DNA of 48,990 nt, from the IMG/VR virus record IMGVR_UViG_3300048916_000093, positions 1-48,990 of that record, one strand, 5' to 3'. A program made the position numbers and the translations under genes. The number at the start of each line of letters is the position of its first letter. Position 1 is the stretch's first letter. The notes under the pieces are model-generated. The model was not told the DNA's origin. It saw only the letters and a program-made list of their open reading frames with translations, and did not search any database. This DNA comes from a virus. Below are positions 7,357 through 16,087 of this stretch, in pieces.

Positions 7357-8778
7357 ATGGGGACGAACGTACCAAAGCCGACGTTCGGCGACAACGGCTT
7401 TACCGCGCCGATTGCGAGTCTGATCAAAGCGGGTGTCTTTGCCGATATCAACGCGGCCTTTGGTGGCGACCTGGACCCGGCCGACGAGACGCCACAAGGC
7501 CAGCTCACGGTAAGCGAATCGGCCATTATCCAATTCGTTTACGATCTCTTCATTCTCTACACGAACCTCGCGGACCCGGCCTTTTCGTCGGGCAGGATGC
7601 AAGACGGGATTGCCCGTCTCTACTTCCTGGAGCGCAACCCGGCCGAGCCCACCACCGTCCAGGCGCTCTGCACCGGGGCAATCGGTGTCGCCATCCCGAC
7701 CGGCGCATTGGCAAAGAGTGCGGACGGCAACACTTATGTTTGCACGGCCGGCGGTCTTATCGGGCCGGGCTCCGTGGTCACGCTTCCCTTTGCCTGCGTC
7801 GCGACGGGGCCGATTGCGTGCCCGGCGAACAGCCTCAATCAGATCTATCGCGCCATTCCGGGGTGGGACACGATCAACAATATCGCGGAGGGCGTCCTTG
7901 GCCGTAACGTCGAGAGCGCCGCGGAATTCGAGCAACGGCGCAAGGACAGCGTTTCGCTCAATGCCGTCGGCGTGCTGCCGGCCGTTCGGGCGGTGGTTCT
8001 CAACGTCCCCAACGTGCTGGACGCCTACGCCACGGAGAATGACACGGACAGCCCGACCACCGTCGGACCCGTGACTCTTGCCGCCAACTCGCTTTATGTC
8101 TCCGTCGCGGGCGGCGCGCCCCTCGATATTGCTACGGCCATTTGGAAGAAGAAGAACCCCGGTTGCGCCTATACCGGTACGACGACGGTGGTTGTTGCGG
8201 ACAGCAATTCCTCTTACTCGACGCCCCCGACATATAACGTCAAATTCACTGTCGCGACCCCCATGCCGGTGCAATTCGTCGTCGAGTTGAAGAGCAGCTC
8301 CGGCGTGCCGGCCAACGCAACGACCTTGATCCAAGCGGCGATCATTCTTGCCTTCGCCGGTGCGGATGGCGGAAGCCGCGCCCAAATCGGTTCGCAGCTA
8401 TTCGCCAGCCGGTATTATGGCAACGTCGCCACCTTGGGGCCATGGGCTCAAATCGTCTCGATCAAGATCGGATCTTCGAACAACGCGACGTGCCAGTTTA
8501 CCGGTTCGATCGCGGCGAACACTTTGACGGTCACGGCGGTTGCGTCGGGCGCTATCGCCGTCGGCCAAACGATCGGGGGTGCCGGCATCCTCGCGGGGAC
8601 GGTCGTAACGGCCTTTGTGTCGGGTTCTGGGGGCACGGGGACATATACCGTCGCCAAGGCCCAGACGGTGGCCAGTGAGGCCATGAACGGCTTCCTAGCC
8701 GATCAGGACAGTATCTTCGCGCATATCGATCAAGTCCCGACGGTGAGCGTCGACGATATTTCTGTCGTCCTCGTATGA
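7357..8778 (+). CDS. Baseplate J-like protein with an extra C-terminal ~65-aa domain
   Basis: 473 aa. The sequence [20 protein letters not shown]...[21 protein letters not shown] is typical of the J family. The C-terminal [22 protein letters not shown]...GGTGTYTV...ASEAM domain is shared with two other virion proteins. Confidence 0.85.
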   Translation: MGTNVPKPTFGDNGFTAPIASLIKAGVFADINAAFGGDLDPADETPQGQLTVSESAIIQFVYDLFILYTNLADPAFSSGRMQDGIARLYFLERNPAEPTTVQALCTGAIGVAIPTGALAKSADGNTYVCTAGGLIGPGSVVTLPFACVATGPIACPANSLNQIYRAIPGWDTINNIAEGVLGRNVESAAEFEQRRKDSVSLNAVGVLPAVRAVVLNVPNVLDAYATENDTDSPTTVGPVTLAANSLYVSVAGGAPLDIATAIWKKKNPGCAYTGTTTVVVADSNSSYSTPPTYNVKFTVATPMPVQFVVELKSSSGVPANATTLIQAAIILAFAGADGGSRAQIGSQLFASRYYGNVATLGPWAQIVSIKIGSSNNATCQFTGSIAANTLTVTAVASGAIAVGQTIGGAGILAGTVVTAFVSGSGGTGTYTVAKAQTVASEAMNGFLADQDSIFAHIDQVPTVSVDDISVVLV

Positions 8779-9413
8779 TCGGTGACGAATCTCTTGGCGA
8801 GTTGGCAATTGCCGAAAGCCGGTCGTCGGGCGAGCCCCAGCCGGTCGCGTTCGATTGGTTCGCCACGGTAATCAGCCAATTCGCCAACTCGCCTATCCTC
8901 TTGAAACTGATCGGCGATTTCGCGGCGTACCTCGATTTGACAACGGATTTCGACGCGTTCTTCAAATTCTGTTGGGACGTGGATACGGCCGTTGGGTATG
9001 GGCTCGATCGCCTGGGCCGCGTCGTTGGCGTTTCGCGCGTGCTGCACCTCCCATCAACCGGGGTGTACTTTGGATTCGATCAGGCATCCGACGCAGAGCC
9101 TTTCGACCAAGCCCCGTTCTATTCGGGTGCGGCGCAATTGACGACCAACTACAACCTGGGCGACGACGCGTACCGCAAGTTGATCCTTGCGAAGGCGCTG
9201 GCGAATATCAGCGACGGTTCTATCCCGTCGATCAATCAGATCCTCATGAACCTGTTTAGCGACTATGGAGACTGCTACGTCACGGACGGCGGCGACATGA
9301 CGATGACCTATACTTTTGGCTCGACACTATCGGCCGTGGACTTCGCGATCGTCGCGCAATCGGGCGTTCTGCCCAAGCCGTGCGGCGTTGCCGCGACGAT
9401 CGTTCAACTGTAG
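8775..9413 (+). CDS. DUF2612-like baseplate/tail-fibre-associated protein
   Basis: 212 aa with an ATGA overlap. It occupies the position after J, and [20 protein letters not shown] fits my recollection of this family. Confidence 0.65.
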   Translation: MIGDESLGELAIAESRSSGEPQPVAFDWFATVISQFANSPILLKLIGDFAAYLDLTTDFDAFFKFCWDVDTAVGYGLDRLGRVVGVSRVLHLPSTGVYFGFDQASDAEPFDQAPFYSGAAQLTTNYNLGDDAYRKLILAKALANISDGSIPSINQILMNLFSDYGDCYVTDGGDMTMTYTFGSTLSAVDFAIVAQSGVLPKPCGVAATIVQL

Positions 9414-9422
9414 GGGTGGACC

Positions 9423-10157
9423 ATGCAAAGTAGCGATATTCCGGGCAAGCTCGTTATTCCCTTCGCGGCGTCGGCCGGCGGGGCATATATCCGCTCAATC
9501 CCGGTCAATTCGCAAATTGGCGTCACCGACGGCGCGGCTTCGCTCCACGACGGGTTCGTCCCGCTCAACGCCACTCCGATCGCGGGCGGCGGTGTCCCTC
9601 CCGATATCCGCGACATGAATGGCATCCTTAACGAGATCAGCGCTTGGACGCGTTGGCAATGCGCGGGCGGCCCGATCTTCTACGACGCGGCTTTCTCGAC
9701 AGCCAACGGCGGATATCCGAAGGGCGCGCAAGTCCTCTCCACCGTGACCATTGGTACGGTCTTCTTGTCGATCGTCGAGAACAACACGGCCAATCCGGAC
9801 GTCGATCCGACCAATTGGATTACCGTTGGCGGCTCTTTCGTCACGGGGTTTTCTTCGGGCGTTGGGTACGAAAAGCGGCCGTCGGGCATTATCGAGCAAT
9901 GGGCCACGGTCTATTTTCCCGCGGGTGGCACCGAACCGCTCGTGCCTGTTTCGTTGCTGTTCCCCTACGAGGACGCGACTTTCGGGATTTCGATCACGCC
10001 TTATTTGCTCACAGCCAACAACCGGCGCGATACGATGATGGATATCGTTCAACCCACCGACGGTAGCGGTTTCAGCGTCCAGTATCAACGCATTGGCGAT
10101 GGTGGGACGCCGGGCGTTGATGGCTTTACGTGGCGCGCCGTTGGAAAAGGAGCATAG
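9423..10157 (+). CDS. Tail fibre protein
   Basis: The conserved fibre N-terminus is present: ASLHDGFVPLNATPIAGGGVPPDIRDMNGILNEISAWTRWQCAGG...GGYPKGAQV. Confidence 0.8.
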   Translation: MQSSDIPGKLVIPFAASAGGAYIRSIPVNSQIGVTDGAASLHDGFVPLNATPIAGGGVPPDIRDMNGILNEISAWTRWQCAGGPIFYDAAFSTANGGYPKGAQVLSTVTIGTVFLSIVENNTANPDVDPTNWITVGGSFVTGFSSGVGYEKRPSGIIEQWATVYFPAGGTEPLVPVSLLFPYEDATFGISITPYLLTANNRRDTMMDIVQPTDGSGFSVQYQRIGDGGTPGVDGFTWRAVGKGA

Positions 10158-10159
10158 TC

Positions 10160-10771
10160 ATGACCTTTGTAGCCAAGACGTTTTTCGATCAACTTCGCGC
10201 GTCGTCCATGTTCGCACCGAAACTCACGCAGAGCGAGGTCGACGGTATCAATACGATTATCGGTGCTTGCGCCAGCACGCCCCTATCCTTCTTGGCCTAC
10301 ATGCTCGCCACGACCTATTGGGAAACGGCGCATACCATGCAACCGATCGACGAGTATGGTGGAGATTCCTACTTCTTCCGTCGCTACGACCCGTTCGGTG
10401 CGCGGCCGGATATCGCCAAGCAGCTCGGCAACACGCAAAAGGGCGACGGTGCACTCTTCCACGGCCGCGGCGACGCCATGATTACCGGTCGCGGCAATTA
10501 CGCCCGCGTCGGCAAGCTGATCGGCGTGGATCTCGTCGGCAAGCCGGAGCTGGCGAAGGAACCAAAGACCGCGGCGCGGATTCTTCATGATGGCATGACG
10601 TTCGGGTGGTTCACGGGTCATCGCCTGGGGCAGTATCTTCCGGCGACCGGTCCAGCCACTTACGGGCAATTCGTGCCGTGTCGGTATATCATCAATGGCC
10701 AGGATCACGCGGCCGATATCGCCCATGTGGCCGTCGAGTTTCAAACCATTTCGGGTGAAAGTGGCTGGTAA
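10160..10771 (+). CDS. Endolysin, glycoside hydrolase family 19 (chitinase-like)
   Basis: ATG 10160 follows AAAGGAG. The motifs are LATTYWETAHTMQP and FHGRGDAMITGRGNYARVGKLIGVDLVGKPEL. Confidence 0.85.
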   Translation: MTFVAKTFFDQLRASSMFAPKLTQSEVDGINTIIGACASTPLSFLAYMLATTYWETAHTMQPIDEYGGDSYFFRRYDPFGARPDIAKQLGNTQKGDGALFHGRGDAMITGRGNYARVGKLIGVDLVGKPELAKEPKTAARILHDGMTFGWFTGHRLGQYLPATGPATYGQFVPCRYIINGQDHAADIAHVAVEFQTISGESGW

Positions 10772-10812
10772 TTTCACGCTTTAACGGCTTCTCCATTTGA
10801 AAGATAAATGTC

Positions 10813-11109
10813 ATGGTCGCGGCAGATGAAAACGGGGTCGGGGCGAAGCAAGTGAAACGAGCGGAATGGGCGTCGGCTGTTGCGTTTCTGTTCTCCGCCG
10901 CTACGGCCGTCTTCACCGGCGGTGTCCTTTACGGACAGGTCCAAGCCCAGGGCTCGCGCATCACCGTTCTGGAGAGCCACGACAGCCTCACCACGGCGCA
11001 AATGTCGGACCTCAAGGTTTCGCTTGCCGAGATCAAGACCAATGTCCAGTTTTTGGCCGATCGAGCCCGCGAGGACCGGGCGGCGCGTCTCGGCATCCCG
11101 CAACAGTAA
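10813..11109 (+). CDS. Membrane protein of the lysis cassette (N-terminal TM plus coiled coil)
   Basis: 98 aa. The predicted TM segment is WASAVAFLFSAATAVFTGGVLYG. The role (holin, antiholin or other) is unresolved. Confidence 0.6.
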   Translation: MVAADENGVGAKQVKRAEWASAVAFLFSAATAVFTGGVLYGQVQAQGSRITVLESHDSLTTAQMSDLKVSLAEIKTNVQFLADRAREDRAARLGIPQQ

Positions 11110-11149
11110 TCCTACTTGCGATCAACTAATATCGGAGTTAGAACGTCCC

Positions 11150-11470
11150 ATGCCCGACGACGCGCCCCAGCCTCCGATTGTTGTCGATCCGTCGGTCTTG
11201 GGCGCTTCCGCCGCAATGGCCGTTCGTCAAGTCGCTCTCGTCGGCGGTGGCGTGGTGGCGACAGCGGGCTACCTCCATTCCCATGATTGGGGTGGCCTAT
11301 TCGGCTACCTCTCCGGCGATGGCGCGCCGGCCGTATTCGTCGCGCTCGCGACCATCGGCGTCTTCGCCTACGGTCAAGTCAAACTCTGGCGCGACAGGCG
11401 TGACGCGGTGCGGATGGCCCGTTCGGCGGACGATTCGGTCGCGGTCGTCAAGGGGGAGGAAACCGCTTAA
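11150..11470 (+). CDS. Holin candidate (two TM segments)
   Basis: 106 aa from ATG 11150, with GGAG upstream. The hydrophobic stretches are AAMAVRQVALVGGGVVATAGYL and PAVFVALATIGVFAYGQV, followed by a charged C-terminus. Confidence 0.6.
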   Translation: MPDDAPQPPIVVDPSVLGASAAMAVRQVALVGGGVVATAGYLHSHDWGGLFGYLSGDGAPAVFVALATIGVFAYGQVKLWRDRRDAVRMARSADDSVAVVKGEETA

Positions 11471-11841
11471 TGCCGGGCTTCCTCCTTCTCCTGGGGCGCT
11501 ACTGGTATATTCCCGCTCTGGCGGCGGCCATCTTCGCCATCCTATGGCTTCGCAATGACAACCTCGCCAAGTCCGGCGACCTCAAGGCGGCCAACACTCA
11601 AGTCGCAGACTTGACGCGCGCCAACAAAGCCGCGCAACAGGCGCTCGATAAGGTGACAGCAATCCGTATCGACAACGATGCTATCGCCGCTGCCGTCGCG
11701 GCGAAGATCGGCACGAACACAACCCGCGAGGTACGCACCAACACTGTCATTGAGAAGGCCGCCGCAAATGACCCGCAAGTCCGCGCTGTTACTGACATTC
11801 CTTTGCCTGACAGCCTGCGGGCGGCATTACGCGCCCATTGA
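11470..11841 (+). CDS. i-spanin (Rz-like)
   Basis: It has an N-terminal TM (LLLLGRYWYIPALAAAIFAILWL) and then a coiled-coil-like periplasmic region. The o-spanin gene starts inside it. Confidence 0.7.
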   Translation: MPGFLLLLGRYWYIPALAAAIFAILWLRNDNLAKSGDLKAANTQVADLTRANKAAQQALDKVTAIRIDNDAIAAAVAAKIGTNTTREVRTNTVIEKAAANDPQVRAVTDIPLPDSLRAALRAH

Positions 11842-12049
11842 GCCGATACCGGCCCCGCCCGATCTCCCCGACGCAGCGAACGTCCAGCCGTGCGATACGA
11901 CGGAAGGCGACCCCGCCACCGTGGGCGCGCTGGCCAAGGAATTGACCCACACCCGCAAACAGCGTGACGATTGCGCTGCGAAGGTTGATGCCGTCCGGAC
12001 GTGGCGCACCAACGCTGTGAAGCGCGCGTCGCCGCCGCCTGCGAAATAA
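11768..12049 (+). CDS. o-spanin (Rz1-like lipoprotein), overlapped architecture
   Basis: MTRKSALLLTFLCLTAC carries the lipobox LTAC. The protein is Pro-rich. It starts in the +1 frame within the i-spanin gene and extends beyond it. Confidence 0.75.
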   Translation: MTRKSALLLTFLCLTACGRHYAPIEPIPAPPDLPDAANVQPCDTTEGDPATVGALAKELTHTRKQRDDCAAKVDAVRTWRTNAVKRASPPPAK

Positions 12050-12342
12050 TGGCGACGCAACCGGCCCCCCTCATCTGGCACAAAGGCCCGCTTACCGCGG
12101 TGATCGAGCCGACGGATATGGTCACGCTTGCGGGCGTGCCTCTCCCGCTCTTTCCGCGTGCGATGGCCATCCTCGTGTTGTTGGTGGCGGCGGATTTCGT
12201 CGAGCTGAAAACACTCATGACCATGGTCAAATCCGTGGAGAGTCTCCGCGTCCACATGTCCTCGATCCGGCAATATCTCCCCAACGGAATCACGCTGGAA
12301 AACGACGAGCGAAAGGGCTACCGTCTCGTTTTGAAATTGTAG
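12049..12342 (+). CDS. Stand-alone OmpR/PhoB-type winged-helix DNA-binding protein
   Basis: 97 aa with a TAATG overlap to the o-spanin stop. The sequence ...LFPRAMAILVLLVAADFVELKTLMTMV...LRVHMSSIRQYLPNGITLENDERKGYRLV fits the trans_reg_C pattern. There is no receiver domain. Confidence 0.55.
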   Translation: MATQPAPLIWHKGPLTAVIEPTDMVTLAGVPLPLFPRAMAILVLLVAADFVELKTLMTMVKSVESLRVHMSSIRQYLPNGITLENDERKGYRLVLKL

Positions 12343-12360
12343 CGGTTAAGGGGCACGGGG

Positions 12361-13911
12361 ATGGCGGTTCCGGACTATATCTTCACGGAAGGGTTCGATA
12401 AGTACGGGCCTCCCGGCGAGATTAACATTCAAACCAATATCGTAGCTTGGGGCGAGTGGTCTTCTCTTCTCGTCAATGGCAGTTTTTCGGCGATTACATT
12501 GGTGGCCGCGTTGTCCGGCCCCGGTCAGGCGTTAAGCATCGCTGAGGGGGGTTCCTCCGGTAACGCCGTTCTGTCGAAGACCGTACCCGGAAATTTTCCC
12601 CGGATTGTGGGCGGCTACACCTTCAAAGTGGCTACGCTGGCTAGCGGAACGGCGCAAGGGATCACTTTTTCAGACGGCGGCACAGACCAGCTCTCCATTG
12701 GTATCAATGTGGCGGGCCAAATTGAGGTCCGTCGCGGTAGTCAATTCGCCGCATTGATCGCTACTTCCGCGCAATCCGTCTCGGCGGGTTCTGTGAATTA
12801 CTTGGCCTATGATGTCACTTTCAGTGCGGCCGCGGGGATTGTTAAGATCTGGCTCAATAACACCCTCACCTCTATCAATCTGACGGGGCAAAATACTAAA
12901 GTCAGCGCTAACGCATATATGAACTCGTTGCGCATTGGCGCGGGGACCAATGTTAACGCGTATAATATCACTTTCGACCACTTCTATTTTTGGGGTTTCC
13001 TGGCGGCTGGAGGTTCCGAGCTGCCCGCCCTGACTACCCCAATCATTCAGACCGACTTTCCGAACGGCGACAGCGCGGTGGCGTTTACCTTCGGCGCGGG
13101 CGTCCTGGGCAACGCATTTATGACCACGACGACGACGAACGCGCCCGGCGCAAATCGTCTTAGCTTGCGTAAGTACACCCCGGAAGTTTCCGGTACCTTG
13201 ACGGCGATAAATCTCATTCCGGGGGCCACGAGCGCCGGGGTGAAGAATAAGCCGGTTCTTTACTCGGATAGCGCCGGAGCACCCAATACGCTACTTTCGA
13301 CGGGTTCCGAAGTTGTGGGCATGACCGCGGGAACCGCGCTCAATCTGCCCCTCACCACACCGCAAACCGTGACCGCCGGCACACAATATTGGCTCGGTTT
13401 TATTACCGATACCTCTGTAGCACTCAATCTAAGCGATGCCGGCACGCTGGGCTATGGCGCGGCCAATACATATACCGGCGGTGCGCCGGGTACCGCTCCG
13501 GCCATGACCGCCGGCCTCTCTAGCTGGCTGATTTGGGGTACGGTCACGGGTGTATCTTCCAACTGGGGGCAGGTCGACAAGAACCCGGCGCTGGGCACGT
13601 TGAGCTACAACTATTCGTCCACGGTCGGTAACGAAGATCTGCTTACCTTCCCAGCCTTAGCTGTCACCCCGACCAACATATATTCTGCCGCAATTAAGGC
13701 CAACGTCACCCGCTCGGATTCGGGAGCGCGCACTGTCGACTTGCGCATGAAATCGGGTGCTACTACCGGTTCGGGCAATACTACCGGTATCAGCCCCGCT
13801 CTTAGCCCCGGCATCATCGGCTCCTATTTCCCCGTGGACCCGAATACGGGCGTTACCTGGGCACCTAGCGCGCTCAATGCGTCAACCGGGGGTCTTAAGG
13901 TAGCGAGCTGA
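12361..13911 (+). CDS. Large virion-associated / receptor-binding candidate (jelly-roll, lectin-like suspected)
   Basis: 516 aa with clean coding statistics. It lies downstream of the lysis cassette. The function is inferred only from its Gly/Ser/Thr/Asn-rich beta-type composition. Confidence 0.65.
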   Translation: MAVPDYIFTEGFDKYGPPGEINIQTNIVAWGEWSSLLVNGSFSAITLVAALSGPGQALSIAEGGSSGNAVLSKTVPGNFPRIVGGYTFKVATLASGTAQGITFSDGGTDQLSIGINVAGQIEVRRGSQFAALIATSAQSVSAGSVNYLAYDVTFSAAAGIVKIWLNNTLTSINLTGQNTKVSANAYMNSLRIGAGTNVNAYNITFDHFYFWGFLAAGGSELPALTTPIIQTDFPNGDSAVAFTFGAGVLGNAFMTTTTTNAPGANRLSLRKYTPEVSGTLTAINLIPGATSAGVKNKPVLYSDSAGAPNTLLSTGSEVVGMTAGTALNLPLTTPQTVTAGTQYWLGFITDTSVALNLSDAGTLGYGAANTYTGGAPGTAPAMTAGLSSWLIWGTVTGVSSNWGQVDKNPALGTLSYNYSSTVGNEDLLTFPALAVTPTNIYSAAIKANVTRSDSGARTVDLRMKSGATTGSGNTTGISPALSPGIIGSYFPVDPNTGVTWAPSALNASTGGLKVAS

Positions 13912-14774
13912 TGCCTACGATTCGCGGTAGCTTCATCACGGCTTCTTCGGCAGGGTCGTACACCCTGTTGTTCTCTAATCTTACGCCTGCGGTTCCCCAA
14001 GCTGGAGACACGATTTTCTTATTCGTGGGCGGTGGTTGGCAAGTCAGTACGCCCCCGGTTGGATGGGATATATTAGACACGCATTCGGGGACTAATTGGA
14101 ATGGTTCACTCTACGCGCGCACGTTAACGACGGGAGATATATCTACCGGTTCGGTGTCCTTCACCATGGCCGGATCTTTCGATACGGTTGCCGCTTTGGT
14201 GGCCTATGTTGGGACGATCGCCTATCGCACCCCGACAGCGTCCCAAAACGGCAGCGGTTCGGCCTCTATCGCGCTAGCCGCGCCCGCCACCGTCCAGGCA
14301 ACCGACCATGTTTTATTGTTCGGTAGCAATCGTGCCACTTCCGTCGATACCGTGGATAAGGGCACCGGCGTCCAGACGATCAGTGGCGGCACGGGAGGAA
14401 ATGCCTCCGGAGTCGTGACGGAGTACGTTCCGGGGGCACCAGGAAGCTTTACCGCGAACTTTGCATATGCGACGCCCGGTAGCGGAAACTACCAAGCCGT
14501 CCTTCCCGTGCGGGACATTGTTCTCCCGATTGCTGCTCAAGTTGGCGGCGTCGCGCGTGAGACGCTAACGGACGCCACGGCCGCTGCTAGGATTACCCAG
14601 GTCACTCGTGAAACTCTGGGGGATGGGTCCAGCACGATCAAACAAACGCAAATAGTCCGCGAGTTGATGCTATCCAGCACCACCACGACCACAAGGGCGC
14701 AAAATGCGGGGATATGTCGTGAGGTTCTCACGGGGACTAAGCCCCTCAAACGACTAGGCGTGGCCGTCTTCTAG
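13911..14774 (+). CDS. Virion-associated candidate with RE(T/V)L repeats and C-terminal GVAVF
   Basis: 287 aa with a TGATG overlap. The C-terminus reads ARETL..TRETL..VRELM..CREVL..LGVAVF. Confidence 0.65.
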   Translation: MPTIRGSFITASSAGSYTLLFSNLTPAVPQAGDTIFLFVGGGWQVSTPPVGWDILDTHSGTNWNGSLYARTLTTGDISTGSVSFTMAGSFDTVAALVAYVGTIAYRTPTASQNGSGSASIALAAPATVQATDHVLLFGSNRATSVDTVDKGTGVQTISGGTGGNASGVVTEYVPGAPGSFTANFAYATPGSGNYQAVLPVRDIVLPIAAQVGGVARETLTDATAAARITQVTRETLGDGSSTIKQTQIVRELMLSSTTTTTRAQNAGICREVLTGTKPLKRLGVAVF

Positions 14775-14835
14775 CCTCTTGATTTATGGCCGGATTATGC
14801 GAAGAGACATTGCCATTCCCTAGCGAGTTTGCCCA

Positions 14836-15738
14836 ATGACCCCGCACGCATACTGGCGGCTATTCTTCGGGTCGCATGACGGGAGCAACTACAACTTTTT
14901 CTCGCTCTGGCAGCTCGATTTTCAAGACGCGTCGGGCATGTCGCTCTGTTCGGGCGGCACCGCTTTCGCTTCCTCGATCTACGGACCTTACGGACCCGGC
15001 CGGATCTTCCCCGGTGGTGCGAACGATTGGGTTTCGAATAACGAAATGCCCTGTTACGTGGGCTACCATTTTGCGTCGCCCGTGCTGCCCGCGAAGATCA
15101 TGCTTTCGCCGTCCAACACCGGCAATCAACCCGTGATGATTATCGCCCAGTCTTCCGACGATGGCGTGACCTGGACCGACGAATACCTTATCACGAAGCC
15201 GTCGGCATGGACGATTCATGCGCAATATCTGATGAATATCCCGCTAACTGGCGGTGCGGCAACCTCACAACATTGGCTTATGTGGGTGACGCTGCAACAG
15301 GACGGTTCGCCGGGCCAAGCCGTCAACTTCTCGGACATGCGCTTTCTCGACGGAGCCGCCGCGCCGTATCCAGGCTTTACCGATACGCGGGGGACGTCGA
15401 ATAGCGGCACGTTCGATTGGAGTCCCGTATGGAACGGGGGACCGCCGTCGACCGTCTATACTGCCAGCACAACACGAAACGTCTTCGGGCAGGCTTCTTA
15501 CCCGTCGTCCGTCATGGTCCTGGGCCTGTCGGTCCAAGCCCAAGGCGACCCGTTCTATCTCAAACTCACGCCGGCTGGCGGCTCGATATGGTCGAGCGTC
15601 GATAATATGATCTGGGGTCGGGTGTGGGACTTTAGCGACAGCAACGCGACGGGGCTACCGATCGCGCCCCTTCATAAGATCTTTTATCAGACGGCACCCC
15701 CACCCCCGCCAACCCGACATGGCGTGGCGGTTTTCTAG
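14836..15738 (+). CDS. Galactose-binding (discoidin/F5-8 type C)-like domain protein, C-terminal GVAVF
   Basis: HAYWRLFF...LWQLDFQDASG...NDWVSNN...YVGYHF...QSSDDGVTWTD fits the discoidin-like pattern. It ends in HGVAVF. Confidence 0.65.
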   Translation: MTPHAYWRLFFGSHDGSNYNFFSLWQLDFQDASGMSLCSGGTAFASSIYGPYGPGRIFPGGANDWVSNNEMPCYVGYHFASPVLPAKIMLSPSNTGNQPVMIIAQSSDDGVTWTDEYLITKPSAWTIHAQYLMNIPLTGGAATSQHWLMWVTLQQDGSPGQAVNFSDMRFLDGAAAPYPGFTDTRGTSNSGTFDWSPVWNGGPPSTVYTASTTRNVFGQASYPSSVMVLGLSVQAQGDPFYLKLTPAGGSIWSSVDNMIWGRVWDFSDSNATGLPIAPLHKIFYQTAPPPPPTRHGVAVF

Positions 15739-16031
15739 GCACGCTCGCGCCAGCCGACGCCGGTCCCGTTTGCCCGGTTGCATATGAGGTCGGCCATTGG
15801 CGGCCGATTCTTTTCCTTATCTTCCGCGTTGCAATGGTCGGCATACGCGCACAGCTCGGCGAAGGCGGTCTTGCTCGATCCTCCGCTACCGCGCCCAGCT
15901 CGCCACGCTAGAAGCAGCGGCATCGCTACCCTCCCGCGTTTGGACATTCGGTTGTAGAAGGCTTCGCGGCACGTCTGGGCGCAAAAGGAGTTTTTCGCGG
16001 GGCATTCGTTACCGCAATTTTGGCAGGCCAT
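15735..16031 (-). CDS. Zn-ribbon protein (hypothetical)
   Basis: 98 aa from ATG 16031, with AGGAG 8 nt upstream. The N-terminus is MACQNCGNECPAKNSFCAQTC... Its stop overlaps the convergent gene's stop (CTAG at 15735-15738). Confidence 0.6.
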   Translation of the reverse strand: MACQNCGNECPAKNSFCAQTCREAFYNRMSKRGRVAMPLLLAWRAGRGSGGSSKTAFAELCAYADHCNAEDKEKNRPPMADLICNRANGTGVGWRERA

Positions 16032-16050
16032 TGTCGTCGCTCCTAGAGGT

Positions 16051-16065
16051 CGCATGTAACATGCG
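16051..16065. promoter_or_regulatory. 15-bp perfect palindrome CGCATGT-A-ACATGCG (copy 1 of 2)
   Basis: It is the exact reverse complement of the 15-mer at 31916-31930. It overlaps the predicted -10/TSS of the minus-strand promoter for the Zn-ribbon gene. Confidence 0.55.
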
Positions 16066-16070
16066 CTAGC

Positions 16071-16086
16071 TTGGCGGAACGGTCAA
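16071..16086 (-). promoter_or_regulatory. GCTTGACCG promoter-like motif (minus strand) with a degenerate palindromic partner
   Basis: The minus strand reads GCTTGACCGTTCCGCCAAGC, directly after the HNH stop and upstream of the Zn-ribbon gene. Confidence 0.45.
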
Positions 16087-16087
16087 G

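Noticed and set aside
7030-8385. 451-aa minus-strand ORF opposite baseplate J. Similar long antisense ORFs occur at 2996-3859, 24678-25526, 35432-36550 and 42743-43765.
   Set aside because: All lie opposite genes with recognisable family motifs. They have Arg/Gly/Pro-rich low-complexity translations and no SD or coupling signals. They are GC-driven open frames.
8491-8693. Diversity-generating retroelement (TR/VR) explanation for the three related domain copies
   Set aside because: No reverse transcriptase gene is present anywhere in the genome. DNA identity between copies is low and patchy. The differences are not restricted to adenine positions.
10130-10771. Longer endolysin start at 10130, overlapping the tail fibre gene
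   Set aside because: ATG 10160 has a strong AAAGGAG site and sits directly after the fibre stop. The upstream extension has no support.
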